A DNA stretch of 64,000 nt, from positions 256,001 to 320,000 of the forward strand of contig OZ244197.1 in NCBI GenBank assembly GCA_965216785.1. The letters are read 5' to 3'. The notes under the pieces were generated by a model. The model saw nothing but the letters and a program-made list of their open reading frames with translations, made no database searches and was not told the DNA's origin. Positions within the stretch are counted from its first letter, which is position 1, and the number at the start of each line of letters is the position of its first letter. This stretch comes from Thermodesulfobacteriota bacterium. GTDB lineage: Bacteria > Desulfobacterota_D > UBA1144 > Nemesobacterales > UBA2774. The position numbers and the translations under genes were made by a program. Positions 27,685 to 36,314 of this stretch are shown here, in pieces.

Positions 27685-28887
27685 TTAGTGGCTCTCTAGC
27701 TTTATTTTCTTATCCTTAAGCGCCTGCACCGCGAGCTTAAGACCCCCCAGTGTGAGCGGAAACATGCGGTCTTCCATAAACTCCCGCACCATTCCAATTG
27801 ACTCAGTGTAGCCCCAGTCTTCATAAGGCACCGGGTTCAGCCATACAATATCGGGGAACTGGGTCTTTAGCCTCTCCAGCCACACAAACCCCGCCTCGTC
27901 GTTATTGTGCTCAACGCTCCCGTTCTGATACAAAAGCTCGTAAGGAGACATGGAAGCGTCCCCAACCATAATAACCTTGTAGTCGCTGTTATAGGTGTTC
28001 AGTACTTCGAGTGTTGGGATTGTTTCTTCCCAGCGTCTTCTATTATCTCTCCAGACAGACTCGTAAAGACAGTTATGAAAGTAGTAATGCTCAAGGTGCT
28101 TAAATTCGTATTTTGCCGCGGAGAAAAGCCTGGAGCATAGCTCTATGTGATCGTCCATTGAACCGCCAATGTCGAGGAACAAAAGCACTTTTACGTTATT
28201 CTTTTTTGCCGGAACCATCTCAAGCTCGAGCAGCCCGGCGTTTTTTGAGGTCGTTTCTATAGTACGGTCAAGATCAAGCTCTTCATCGACCCCTTCGCGC
28301 GTGAGTATACGGAGCCTTCTTAAAGCCATTTTCATATTCCTCGTCTGAAGCTCTACGCCATCGTCAAGATCACGGAACTCGCGCTTGTCCCACACCTTAA
28401 CAGCCCTTCGGTGCCTGCTCTCTTCCTGCCCTATCCTAATGCCTTCAGGGTTATAGCCGTACGCGCCGAACGGGGAAGTACCCCCGGTGCCTATCCACTT
28501 GTTCCCGCCCTGGTGGCGCTTTTTTTGCTTTTCCATAAGCTCCTTCAGTCTATCCAAGAGCTTATCGAGCCCGCCCATTTTTTTAATCATCTCCTTTTCT
28601 TCATCCGTAAGCGCGTTAACGAAGCTCTTCCTGAGCCAGTCCTCGGGAATCTTCATAAATTCTTCAGTATCGATTGTCTCCACACCTTCAAAGAAATAAC
28701 CGAACAGTAAGTCAAAGCGGTCGAGTTGATGCTCATGCTTTACGAGTGAGAAGCGGGAGAGGTAGTAGAAATCATCTACGCTGTACTCTACCACGTCCTT
28801 GTCGAGGGCTTCGAGGAAGGTTAGGTATTCTCTTATAGTGACCGGGAAACCGTCATTTTTGAGTAGAAGAAAAAAGTCCAGAAACAT
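27685..28887 (-). CDS. vWA-domain partner of the MoxR ATPase
   Basis: RHQGGNKWIGTGGTSPFG, MIDAS-like DIGGSMDDH, YFHNC and VGDASMSPYE. Start trimmed to MFLDFF (ATG 28887). Confidence 0.88.
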   Translation of the reverse strand: MFLDFFLLLKNDGFPVTIREYLTFLEALDKDVVEYSVDDFYYLSRFSLVKHEHQLDRFDLLFGYFFEGVETIDTEEFMKIPEDWLRKSFVNALTDEEKEMIKKMGGLDKLLDRLKELMEKQKKRHQGGNKWIGTGGTSPFGAYGYNPEGIRIGQEESRHRRAVKVWDKREFRDLDDGVELQTRNMKMALRRLRILTREGVDEELDLDRTIETTSKNAGLLELEMVPAKKNNVKVLLFLDIGGSMDDHIELCSRLFSAAKYEFKHLEHYYFHNCLYESVWRDNRRRWEETIPTLEVLNTYNSDYKVIMVGDASMSPYELLYQNGSVEHNNDEAGFVWLERLKTQFPDIVWLNPVPYEDWGYTESIGMVREFMEDRMFPLTLGGLKLAVQALKDKKIKLESH

Positions 28888-28906
28888 TAATATGCCCCTA
28901 TAAACC

Positions 28907-29743
28907 CTAGCGTCTAAACCTGAGCCTAATACGTTTAAGAAGGTCCTGGTCCTGCTCATTCTTGAGAAGCGCACCCGCGTATGGCGGCAGCTTTTCAGAA
29001 AGGTCAACTTCGCCGAGCTCCTGCTCTGTGACCTTGCCGACCATAAGAAGCTTTAGCCAGTCTATAAGCTCGCTTGTGGTGGGCTTTTTCTTAAGCCCGT
29101 CTATCTGCCTCAGGTCATAAAAGATACTCATGGCGTTCTCGATCAGCTTGTTTTGAAGCTTGGGGTAGTGGACCTTTACGATAGCCTTAAGCGTCTCTCT
29201 TTCGGGGAAGCTGATGTAGTGGAAGAAACAGCGTCTAAGAAACGCGTCCGGAAGCTCTTTTTCATTATTGGACGTGATTATTACTATAGGACGTTTATTG
29301 GCCTTTACAGTAGCTTTAAGCTCATAACAGTAAAACTCCATCTTATCGAGCTCTAAGAGAAGGTCGTTCGGGAACTCTATATCGGCCTTATCTATCTCGT
29401 CGATCAACAGCACGACTTGCTTTTTGGATTCAAAGGCCTCCCAGAGCTTTCCTTTGTTAATATAATTCGCGATATCACTTACACGCTCGTCCCCAAGCTG
29501 GGAGTCGCGGAGCCTGGACACCGCGTCGTACTCGTATAGTCCCTGCTGAGCGGACGTAGTGGACTTAATGTGCCAGGTAATGAGGTCCATCCCCAGCGCG
29601 CCCGCAACTTCATAGGCAAGCATCGTCTTACCCGTTCCGGGCTCGCCCTTTATCAGCAGCGGTCTTTCCAGCGTAACCGATGCGTTTACAGCAAGATTTA
29701 AATCCCGTGTGGATATATAATTCTCTGTTCCTTCAAATTTCAT
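28907..29743 (-). CDS. MoxR-family AAA+ ATPase
   Basis: Walker A GEPGTGKT, Walker B LLIDEIDKAD and ELPDAFLRRC. Confidence 0.93.
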   Translation of the reverse strand: MKFEGTENYISTRDLNLAVNASVTLERPLLIKGEPGTGKTMLAYEVAGALGMDLITWHIKSTTSAQQGLYEYDAVSRLRDSQLGDERVSDIANYINKGKLWEAFESKKQVVLLIDEIDKADIEFPNDLLLELDKMEFYCYELKATVKANKRPIVIITSNNEKELPDAFLRRCFFHYISFPERETLKAIVKVHYPKLQNKLIENAMSIFYDLRQIDGLKKKPTTSELIDWLKLLMVGKVTEQELGEVDLSEKLPPYAGALLKNEQDQDLLKRIRLRFRR

Positions 29744-29858
29744 ATTAAAACCTCTTTATCGCTTTCATATTACGTATACGCAAATCTTAGCGCCGCGATC
29801 ATTATTCAGTATACGTTTGGGCAGATCATCAATCAAATAACACTATATGAATATTGTA

Positions 29859-30230
29859 CTAAATAGCATCCGAAGGGTTTACATCTTCAGCATGCCAGGG
29901 AGGTATGCTCATAACCATAAGCCTGTTTTTTGAGGAGGCTTCCAGAATCTTATGGTGCACGCCTTTTCGAACAACTAACATGTCACCCTCGGACAACTCT
30001 TCTGTCCAGGTTTTTCCGGATTCCGGATCGTGGAACTTACAATTCATACCGCCTTCGAGTACATAAAAAATCTCATCGAATGTTTTATGAAAATGGGTAG
30101 CCATGGGACCAAGGTCAACTCCTATGGCGAGTCCCATTTTATCGTATTCACTTGCACCCAGTATCTCCCTCATTTCCCTTGCGTAGTCACATTCATGAAT
30201 TATCTGGTCTTCTGGTTTTTTATGGATCAT
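29859..30230 (-). CDS. Cupin domain protein
   Basis: HFHKTFDEIFYVLEG and GDMLVVRKGVHH metal-binding motifs. Confidence 0.85.
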   Translation of the reverse strand: MIHKKPEDQIIHECDYAREMREILGASEYDKMGLAIGVDLGPMATHFHKTFDEIFYVLEGGMNCKFHDPESGKTWTEELSEGDMLVVRKGVHHKILEASSKNRLMVMSIPPWHAEDVNPSDAI

Positions 30231-30326
30231 TCAATTCCTCCGTCTTTGAAAACTCTTTTCTGATGCACCGCGCATTCAGTACAATAGCCTAAGAATACAT
30301 AAGCTTTTCGTATAAACCAGGCGGAT

Positions 30327-32180
30327 TTACTTCTGAGCTACGCGCTCTAGCAGCTTATAAACGCGGTCAACAACGCTTCGTGGGTCGTCCATAAAGCCTG
30401 CGGAAATGAGAGTGTTGTCGAATATCTGCTCCGCTACGGTTTTTGCCAGGTCTTCATCACTACTCCTGAGTGAGGACAAGTTCTTAATCAGCGCGTGGTT
30501 AGGGTTTATCTCTAAGTTTATAGAATCACTCAGACCGTCGTCCTTTTTCATCGCTTTCATCATCCTTCGTATCGAAGGCGTTATATGCTTATCCGCGTAC
30601 ACCGCGATTGCGGGGCTGTCTACGAGGCGCTTACTCACAGCTACCTCATTTACCCTCTCGCCCAAGGCGGCTTTTATCCACGTACATAGCCCATCTGACT
30701 CTTCATCGGGCATAGTGTCGCCTTTTTGCCCGGCATCCTCTTTGCCAAGCTCGATCTCAGCGCTATCGGCAGAGACGAGAGGCTTGTCTAAAAATTTTCC
30801 AAGCCCTGTCATTACAAACTCATCCACGGGCTCATAGAGATACAGCACCTCAAAGCCCTTGGCCTTAAACGCTTCGAGCTGAGGGCCTGACTCCAGGGTC
30901 TCGCGGTTTGGTGAATAGAGGTAGTAGATCTCCTTTTGGTCCTCACCCATGCGGCTCACATAATCTTCAAGCGTTGTGAGCTTTCCTTTCTCTGTCGCAG
31001 AGGATTCATAACGGAGGAGCTTTGCTAGGGCTTCGCGGTTCTTAAAATCCGCTGCCACCCCTTCTTTAATGAATATCGAGAACTCGCCGTAGAATTTCTC
31101 ATATTTTTCAGGGTCTTTTTTAGCTTCCTCTTCGAGGAACTTAATAAACCTTCCAGTTATTACCTGCCCAATTTTATGGGCAAGCTGGCTGTCCTGCATC
31201 GTCTCGCGCGATATGTTTAGCGGGAGATCAGCGCTGTCCACGACCCCTTTAAGAAAGCGCATCCAGTCGGGCAGCAATCCCTGTGGGTGCGAGTCGATCA
31301 GGATTTTTTTACAGTAAAGACTCACCCCCGGGTCGAGCTTGCCAAAGCCCAGGCGCTCGGGGTTTTCTCCGGGCACGAAAACGAGCGAGTTTATTTCAAG
31401 CGGGGCTTCAGAGCTAAACTGCATTGTATACATAGGCTCGTCAAAGGCGTTTGACTGAAATTTATAAAACTCCTGATACTCCTCGTCCGTGATCTCGCTT
31501 TTGCTCCTCATCCATATAGGCTGGACATTGTTTAGCTGCTCGCCGTTTAATTTGAGCGGGAACTGAACGAAGCTCGAGTAGTGTGCGAGTACTTCTCTCA
31601 CGCGGGCTTCAGAAGAAAATTCCTTTTCTTCTTCCTTAAGGCGAACAACGATTTTTGTACCGCGTCTTACGCCCTTTACGGTTTCGAGCTCATAAGTGCC
31701 CGAGCCGTCGCTCTTCCAAAGCAGGCTCTTTGATGTCTTTTTCCAGTTGTGCGAGTAGACCTCGACCTCAGCTGCCACCATAAACACGCTGTAGAAACCG
31801 ACTCCAAACTGTCCGATCAGGTTTTCGCCGACTTCTGCACCTTCTTTGAGAGCGTTTAAGAAAGCCTTTGATCCCGAGTGCGCGATAGTACCCAGGTTCT
31901 CCACGAGCTCATCACGTGTCATACCGATCCCGTGGTCCTCTATCGTAATGGTATTTTCCTTCTCATCCGTATGTATGTTTATCTCCAGAGGCAACTCTTC
32001 ATCATATATATCCTTCTCTGTTAGCTGGAGGTAGCGGAGCTTTTCAAGCGCGTCAGACGCGTTTGATACGAGCTCACGTATAAAAACCTCTTTATCCGTA
32101 TAAAGAGAGTTTATAACAATGTCCAGAACCTGTTTTACTTCCGCTTTGAATTCATGTTTTTTTGCCGCAGTTTCAGCCAT
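30327..32180 (-). CDS. htpG: Molecular chaperone HtpG (Hsp90)
   Basis: FIRELVSNASDA, DHGIGM, LIGQFGVGFYS and DLPLNISRE motifs. Confidence 0.97.
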   Translation of the reverse strand: MAETAAKKHEFKAEVKQVLDIVINSLYTDKEVFIRELVSNASDALEKLRYLQLTEKDIYDEELPLEINIHTDEKENTITIEDHGIGMTRDELVENLGTIAHSGSKAFLNALKEGAEVGENLIGQFGVGFYSVFMVAAEVEVYSHNWKKTSKSLLWKSDGSGTYELETVKGVRRGTKIVVRLKEEEKEFSSEARVREVLAHYSSFVQFPLKLNGEQLNNVQPIWMRSKSEITDEEYQEFYKFQSNAFDEPMYTMQFSSEAPLEINSLVFVPGENPERLGFGKLDPGVSLYCKKILIDSHPQGLLPDWMRFLKGVVDSADLPLNISRETMQDSQLAHKIGQVITGRFIKFLEEEAKKDPEKYEKFYGEFSIFIKEGVAADFKNREALAKLLRYESSATEKGKLTTLEDYVSRMGEDQKEIYYLYSPNRETLESGPQLEAFKAKGFEVLYLYEPVDEFVMTGLGKFLDKPLVSADSAEIELGKEDAGQKGDTMPDEESDGLCTWIKAALGERVNEVAVSKRLVDSPAIAVYADKHITPSIRRMMKAMKKDDGLSDSINLEINPNHALIKNLSSLRSSDEDLAKTVAEQIFDNTLISAGFMDDPRSVVDRVYKLLERVAQK

Positions 32181-32311
32181 ATTACTTTAATTCCCCCTGA
32201 TTAATAATTATTTATATGAGTTTTATGATGATTTTGAACGGTTAAAAAATATTCATGTTTCGGAAAAATTCAAGGTGTTGTGAGAGTGTTTGGATCCATG
32301 GGTAAAGAATA

Positions 32312-33334
32312 TTAGTCGAATGGCTCGTAAACGTGAAGTGTGGGACTCTGACTTATATGGCTATGCCAATTCGACTCGAGCTTGTCAAGACCGCCCGGAT
32401 AGTATTTGTTAATTACATCAATCGATGTAACAGAAGGGTTGTCCTTCTTTTCTCTCAGAATTCGTATTACAGTATCCTGCCCATCCTGCGTAGACATGAG
32501 GTAATGCACAAGCGACCAGGCAATCGAGCGTGTCTCATCGTCCTGAGCCTGACCGCCGCGTTTCCAGGCGCTGTCCCAGGAACCGAGATATGAGCTCAGT
32601 CCCGGAAGCTTGTTGGATGCGAGGTCTTGTCTTAGCTTATAATATCTTGCGTCCTGATGACCTACCGTGACGTTTTCGTCCTCGGGAACGATTCTCTCGA
32701 AATACTCCGCGAGCCCTTCATTAATCCAGAGGGGAAGATCGGGAGCTTTTTGAGTGAGTATTGAATGGTTAGCTTCGTGGTATATTGTGGCTATCACTTC
32801 ACCTTTATCCCTCTGGCCGTTAACTACGGCTTCGTTATACATCGGCGAATAGAACCCCACTTCAGAAACTACCGGAGATACATCCCTTTGGTAGCTCATA
32901 AAATGGCGTTTATTACCGAATATGCGTATCCTGACCGGAACGTCTTCATTGTAATTGAAAACCTGCTTGTAATAACCGAGGATAAAGTTAACCCCGCTCT
33001 GGATCTGCGAGCGCTCCTTGGGAGTCAGCCTGTAGCCTTCGGTCAGGATTTCAAGACCTACCACACCCCCGTTTTCATACCCGTTAACAGGGTGTTCGTT
33101 ATTGCCCCGCGTATTAGACTCAGTAGCCTGCGGGTCTTTTGATTCTTCTTTTTCCGAACCAGGCATAGCAAACCTTTGATTGTCCGCGTCGATAGGACAG
33201 CCGGTATTGGTGTATATATGCACTCCGTCCTCACCTATACACTTATAGTACTGCGCGTATAGAACGTCAGGAGCTATAAGCATTAACATCAGTATTGAGA
33301 ACAAAACTATCCAGCTACGCATTGGCGCGCGCAT
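32312..33334 (-). CDS. Exported DUF4124-like / DUF1570-like zinc metallopeptidase
   Basis: Signal peptide, YYKCIGEDGVHIYTNTGCP module, HEANH, PLWINEGLAEYF and AWSLVHYL. Start uncertain (33334 or 33322). Confidence 0.75.
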   Translation of the reverse strand: MRAPMRSWIVLFSILMLMLIAPDVLYAQYYKCIGEDGVHIYTNTGCPIDADNQRFAMPGSEKEESKDPQATESNTRGNNEHPVNGYENGGVVGLEILTEGYRLTPKERSQIQSGVNFILGYYKQVFNYNEDVPVRIRIFGNKRHFMSYQRDVSPVVSEVGFYSPMYNEAVVNGQRDKGEVIATIYHEANHSILTQKAPDLPLWINEGLAEYFERIVPEDENVTVGHQDARYYKLRQDLASNKLPGLSSYLGSWDSAWKRGGQAQDDETRSIAWSLVHYLMSTQDGQDTVIRILREKKDNPSVTSIDVINKYYPGGLDKLESNWHSHISQSPTLHVYEPFD

Positions 33335-33434
33335 AGTAACTCTGTAATAAATGGACAAACAGGAGGCCGCCATATTATCTAAATAATAATGCCTTTAGCA
33401 CCCGGGGAAAAGAAGAATTTTAAATTTGAGGCAG

Positions 33435-34166
33435 CTATGTAACTATCTTTACCTCACCTGTGTGAAGATCGTAGTTTGCACCTACGATTTTTAATTTTCC
33501 TTCCTTTACTCTGTCAGCTATAACCGGAACAGAGCCATTGAGCTTGTCTACACCGAACTTAACATTGGAAACAATCGAGTTTTCAAGAAGGTCTCCGGGT
33601 TTGTCTTTGACAGCTTCAACTGCGGGCCCTATTGTAGTTACGATGTTGTTTATAGAACCGGGGAATTCAGTGCCCTTTTGAAGAGCTTCGATAGATCCGG
33701 CAATAGCTCCGCATTCAGTGTGTCCGAGAACCATTAGAACTGAAGCACCGAGCGCCAAGGTACCGAATTCGAGGCTACCCAGCACACCGTAATTTTCAGG
33801 ATTAACTATGTTTCCGGCAACCCGCACGACAAATAGGTCCCCTATGCCCTGGTCGAAAATGATCTCGGGGGCTACTCTTGAATCAGCGCAGGCTAGAATT
33901 GCGGCAAACGGCGTCTGACCTTGTGCTACTTCCTTACGCACTTCAACGGTTCTCCTGGGACTCTTTTTTAAAGATTCCACAAAGCGGGCGTTACCATCCA
34001 TAAGCTTCTTCAAAGCTTCATCAGGTGTAGCGGGCATCGAAGAATCGGCATGAGCGTGAGGTACAGACAATGCGTTACTCCCGAGCGTGATCAGAGAAGC
34101 GCCTAAAGCCGCAGCGCCTGAAACCTTAACAAAATTCCTTCTGGATATAGATTTATCGTGAGCCAT
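33435..34166 (-). CDS. Beta-carbonic anhydrase with Tat signal peptide
   Basis: SRRNFVK twin-arginine signal; CADSRV and GHTECG zinc ligands; AGGAGG SD 6 nt before ATG 34166. Confidence 0.92.
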   Translation of the reverse strand: MAHDKSISRRNFVKVSGAAALGASLITLGSNALSVPHAHADSSMPATPDEALKKLMDGNARFVESLKKSPRRTVEVRKEVAQGQTPFAAILACADSRVAPEIIFDQGIGDLFVVRVAGNIVNPENYGVLGSLEFGTLALGASVLMVLGHTECGAIAGSIEALQKGTEFPGSINNIVTTIGPAVEAVKDKPGDLLENSIVSNVKFGVDKLNGSVPVIADRVKEGKLKIVGANYDLHTGEVKIVT

Positions 34167-34252
34167 CATTTTCCTCCTGAGTATGTTTTTAGAAGTTAAT
34201 ATAACTAGAACTAATAATACTATCACTTAACAAAAAACTGTATCAGATTTTT

Positions 34253-34900
34253 CTATGTAACGATCTTAACTTCACCTGTATTAAGATCGTAGCATGCGCC
34301 GACAATCTTTACCTCGCCGTCTTTAGCCATTTGAGATATCTGCGGGGATGACGCTTTGAGATCCTCTACGCCTGTTTTCACATTGGAGACTATAGAGTTA
34401 TACAAAAGATCACCCGGATCATCTTTAACCGCCTCAACAACAGGGACTATTTTCTCTACCACTTTATTTATTGATCCTGGAAAATCTTTATTGTTTTCAA
34501 TAGCATCAATAGTACTGGCTATTGCCCCGCAGCCTGTATGCCCCAGAACCATTATAAGCTTTGCGCCGAGCTCAAGAACACCGAATTCGAGACTTCCCGG
34601 TACGCTGTAGTTTGAAGGGTCAACGACGTTACCGGCAACCCTGACCACAAATATATCTCCGATACAGCAACTAAAGATAATCTCCGGCGCCACTCTTGAA
34701 TCGGCGCACGTGAGTACCGCCGCATATGGTACCACTCCGGGAGAAAGCTCAGTATGCACCTCAACCGTGCTCAACTCAACCGATTTCCCTTTTGTTTTAT
34801 TAAACGATTCTACATATAGTTTGTTCCCGTTCATCAGGACGTTTAGAGCTTCATTTGGTGTTTTGAGTCTCCGCGTTTCATGATTTTGCTCCTCTGACAT
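34253..34900 (-). CDS. Beta-carbonic anhydrase, cytoplasmic paralog
   Basis: CADSRV, VRVAGN and GHTGCG motifs; no signal peptide. Confidence 0.92.
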   Translation of the reverse strand: MSEEQNHETRRLKTPNEALNVLMNGNKLYVESFNKTKGKSVELSTVEVHTELSPGVVPYAAVLTCADSRVAPEIIFSCCIGDIFVVRVAGNVVDPSNYSVPGSLEFGVLELGAKLIMVLGHTGCGAIASTIDAIENNKDFPGSINKVVEKIVPVVEAVKDDPGDLLYNSIVSNVKTGVEDLKASSPQISQMAKDGEVKIVGACYDLNTGEVKIVT

Positions 34901-34950
34901 AACTTTTCCTCCGATTAATTTGAATATGAGTGTGTATGACAGTCCGGAAT

Positions 34951-35511
34951 TTATTTCCCTAGCTCCATATAGGATACGGGATCAGCGGGACATTGTCCCG
35001 TCCCGCACTCAAGGAAAGTGGTAATCACGTTAGATAAAGTGATAAGCACAATAAGAAAGAATACCGCTGTTATTAATGGCGTTTTGCGCGATTTTGCCTC
35101 TGTGCTGTCAACTTTTTCAAACTGACTATCAAACAACAACATTATGCCAATGAGTAAAACAGCCGCTGCGAAAACCACAAATGCCCAGGAATATAGGTGT
35201 ATACCTAACACCGAAGAGCCATAGCCGCTCGGTCCCGCGCCCGGGACAATGTGCAAGAGTATCTGCCTCACGGAGACTGAGGCTCCGAATACCGCGCTTA
35301 TGAGAGATACTCCGTAATGGGCGGGTCTCAATCCGTAGCGTATGTTCAGCATAGCTCCGAGGGCAACTCCAAGCATACCGAGCCTTTGGATCAAACAAAG
35401 GGGGCAAGGCACCTCCCCTTTACCAAACTGTACGTAGTAAGCTCCGAGGAGAACTCCTGAGATTACGAGTATGCCCGCGATATTTATTCTGACAGCGAAA
35501 TAAGGGGTCAA
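34951..35511 (-). CDS. Disulfide bond formation protein B (DsbB-like)
   Basis: EVPCPLCLIQR, VRQILLHI, GIHLYSW and C-terminal ECGTGQCP. Confidence 0.88.
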   Translation of the reverse strand: MTPYFAVRINIAGILVISGVLLGAYYVQFGKGEVPCPLCLIQRLGMLGVALGAMLNIRYGLRPAHYGVSLISAVFGASVSVRQILLHIVPGAGPSGYGSSVLGIHLYSWAFVVFAAAVLLIGIMLLFDSQFEKVDSTEAKSRKTPLITAVFFLIVLITLSNVITTFLECGTGQCPADPVSYMELGK

Positions 35512-35524
35512 AAGACGTCACCTG

Positions 35525-35680
35525 CTAAAAGTTAAGATTTAGCGGCTCAGTCATGTGGTGGATGAACAAAAGCGCGCATAGTATGATTGTAATAAAAAAT
35601 AATCCTATTGAGGCCTGTCTCTTGCCGTACCAGGCGAGTATCATGGTTATCGCGAACAATAGGAAAAGTCCTGCCATCAT
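35525..35680 (-). CDS. Small 2-TM protein, DUF5993-like DsbB partner, 51 aa
   Basis: Translated by hand: MMAGLFLLFAITMILAWYGKRQASIGLFFITIILCALLFIHHMTEPLNLNF. GAGGA SD; ends 13 nt before the dsbB-like gene; absent from the ORF track. Confidence 0.8.
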   Translation of the reverse strand: MMAGLFLLFAITMILAWYGKRQASIGLFFITIILCALLFIHHMTEPLNLNF

Positions 35681-35719
35681 GGTTAAAATGTCCTCTGTAT
35701 ATCTTATAGCCGGCTGAAA

Positions 35720-36181
35720 TTATGACTGGTTCAAGAGCTTAATTCTGCGGTTGAGTAAAAGCCATTTGCCCTCTTCCCTGACCCATACGCTGTAGACCTC
35801 GTAATCACCGCTATGGTCTTTACCGTTGTAAGTCTTCGTCATGTTGATATTCACAACTGACTTTGCGACGTTACCTTTAATGTCGACCTTCACATGCTCG
35901 ATCTCCTGCCAGGCGATCACTTGCCCCGGCATAGTAGCCAGGAACTCATCTTTATTAAGGTCCGGGTAGGCAGGTCTATCCATACCGGAGATAACAAAGT
36001 TCTCATGCAGTATAGTAGCCATAAGCTCCTGATCCTGCGCCTGAAGAGCTTTAAAATACTGACGCTCTAAATTGACTACTCTTTTTTGGGACGCCGTCCA
36101 TGGGTGAGACAAGGCTAAGTTTGAACCTAAACATATAATACCGAAGAATAAAACAACAGATATAATAAGGTATCTATTCAT
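35720..36181 (-). CDS. Exported NTF2-like (DUF4440-type) protein
   Basis: GGAGGAG SD before ATG 36181; signal peptide; LERQYFKAL..ILHENF and VWVREEGKWLL patterns. Confidence 0.8.
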   Translation of the reverse strand: MNRYLIISVVLFFGIICLGSNLALSHPWTASQKRVVNLERQYFKALQAQDQELMATILHENFVISGMDRPAYPDLNKDEFLATMPGQVIAWQEIEHVKVDIKGNVAKSVVNINMTKTYNGKDHSGDYEVYSVWVREEGKWLLLNRRIKLLNQS

Positions 36182-36314
36182 ATCTCCTCCATCTATAAAG
36201 TATATATTCAATATTTTAATGCGCTCTTATTAATAATCAATCACGCGCTTCCCTTTGCTAAGAGGGAATAAAAGTATAGTATAATCTTTTTGATTCCAAG
36301 AGAGTCTATGCAGC

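Noticed and set aside
28888-29007. Long N-terminal extensions or overlaps in the ORF track (vWA, purM, glyS, Tat carbonic anhydrase)
   Set aside because: These are longest-ORF artefacts; downstream ATGs match the family N-termini.
32181-32311. Sigma32 promoter or CIRCE element upstream of htpG
   Set aside because: A CTTGAA is present on the minus strand, but I see no CCCCAT -10 box or CIRCE inverted repeat.
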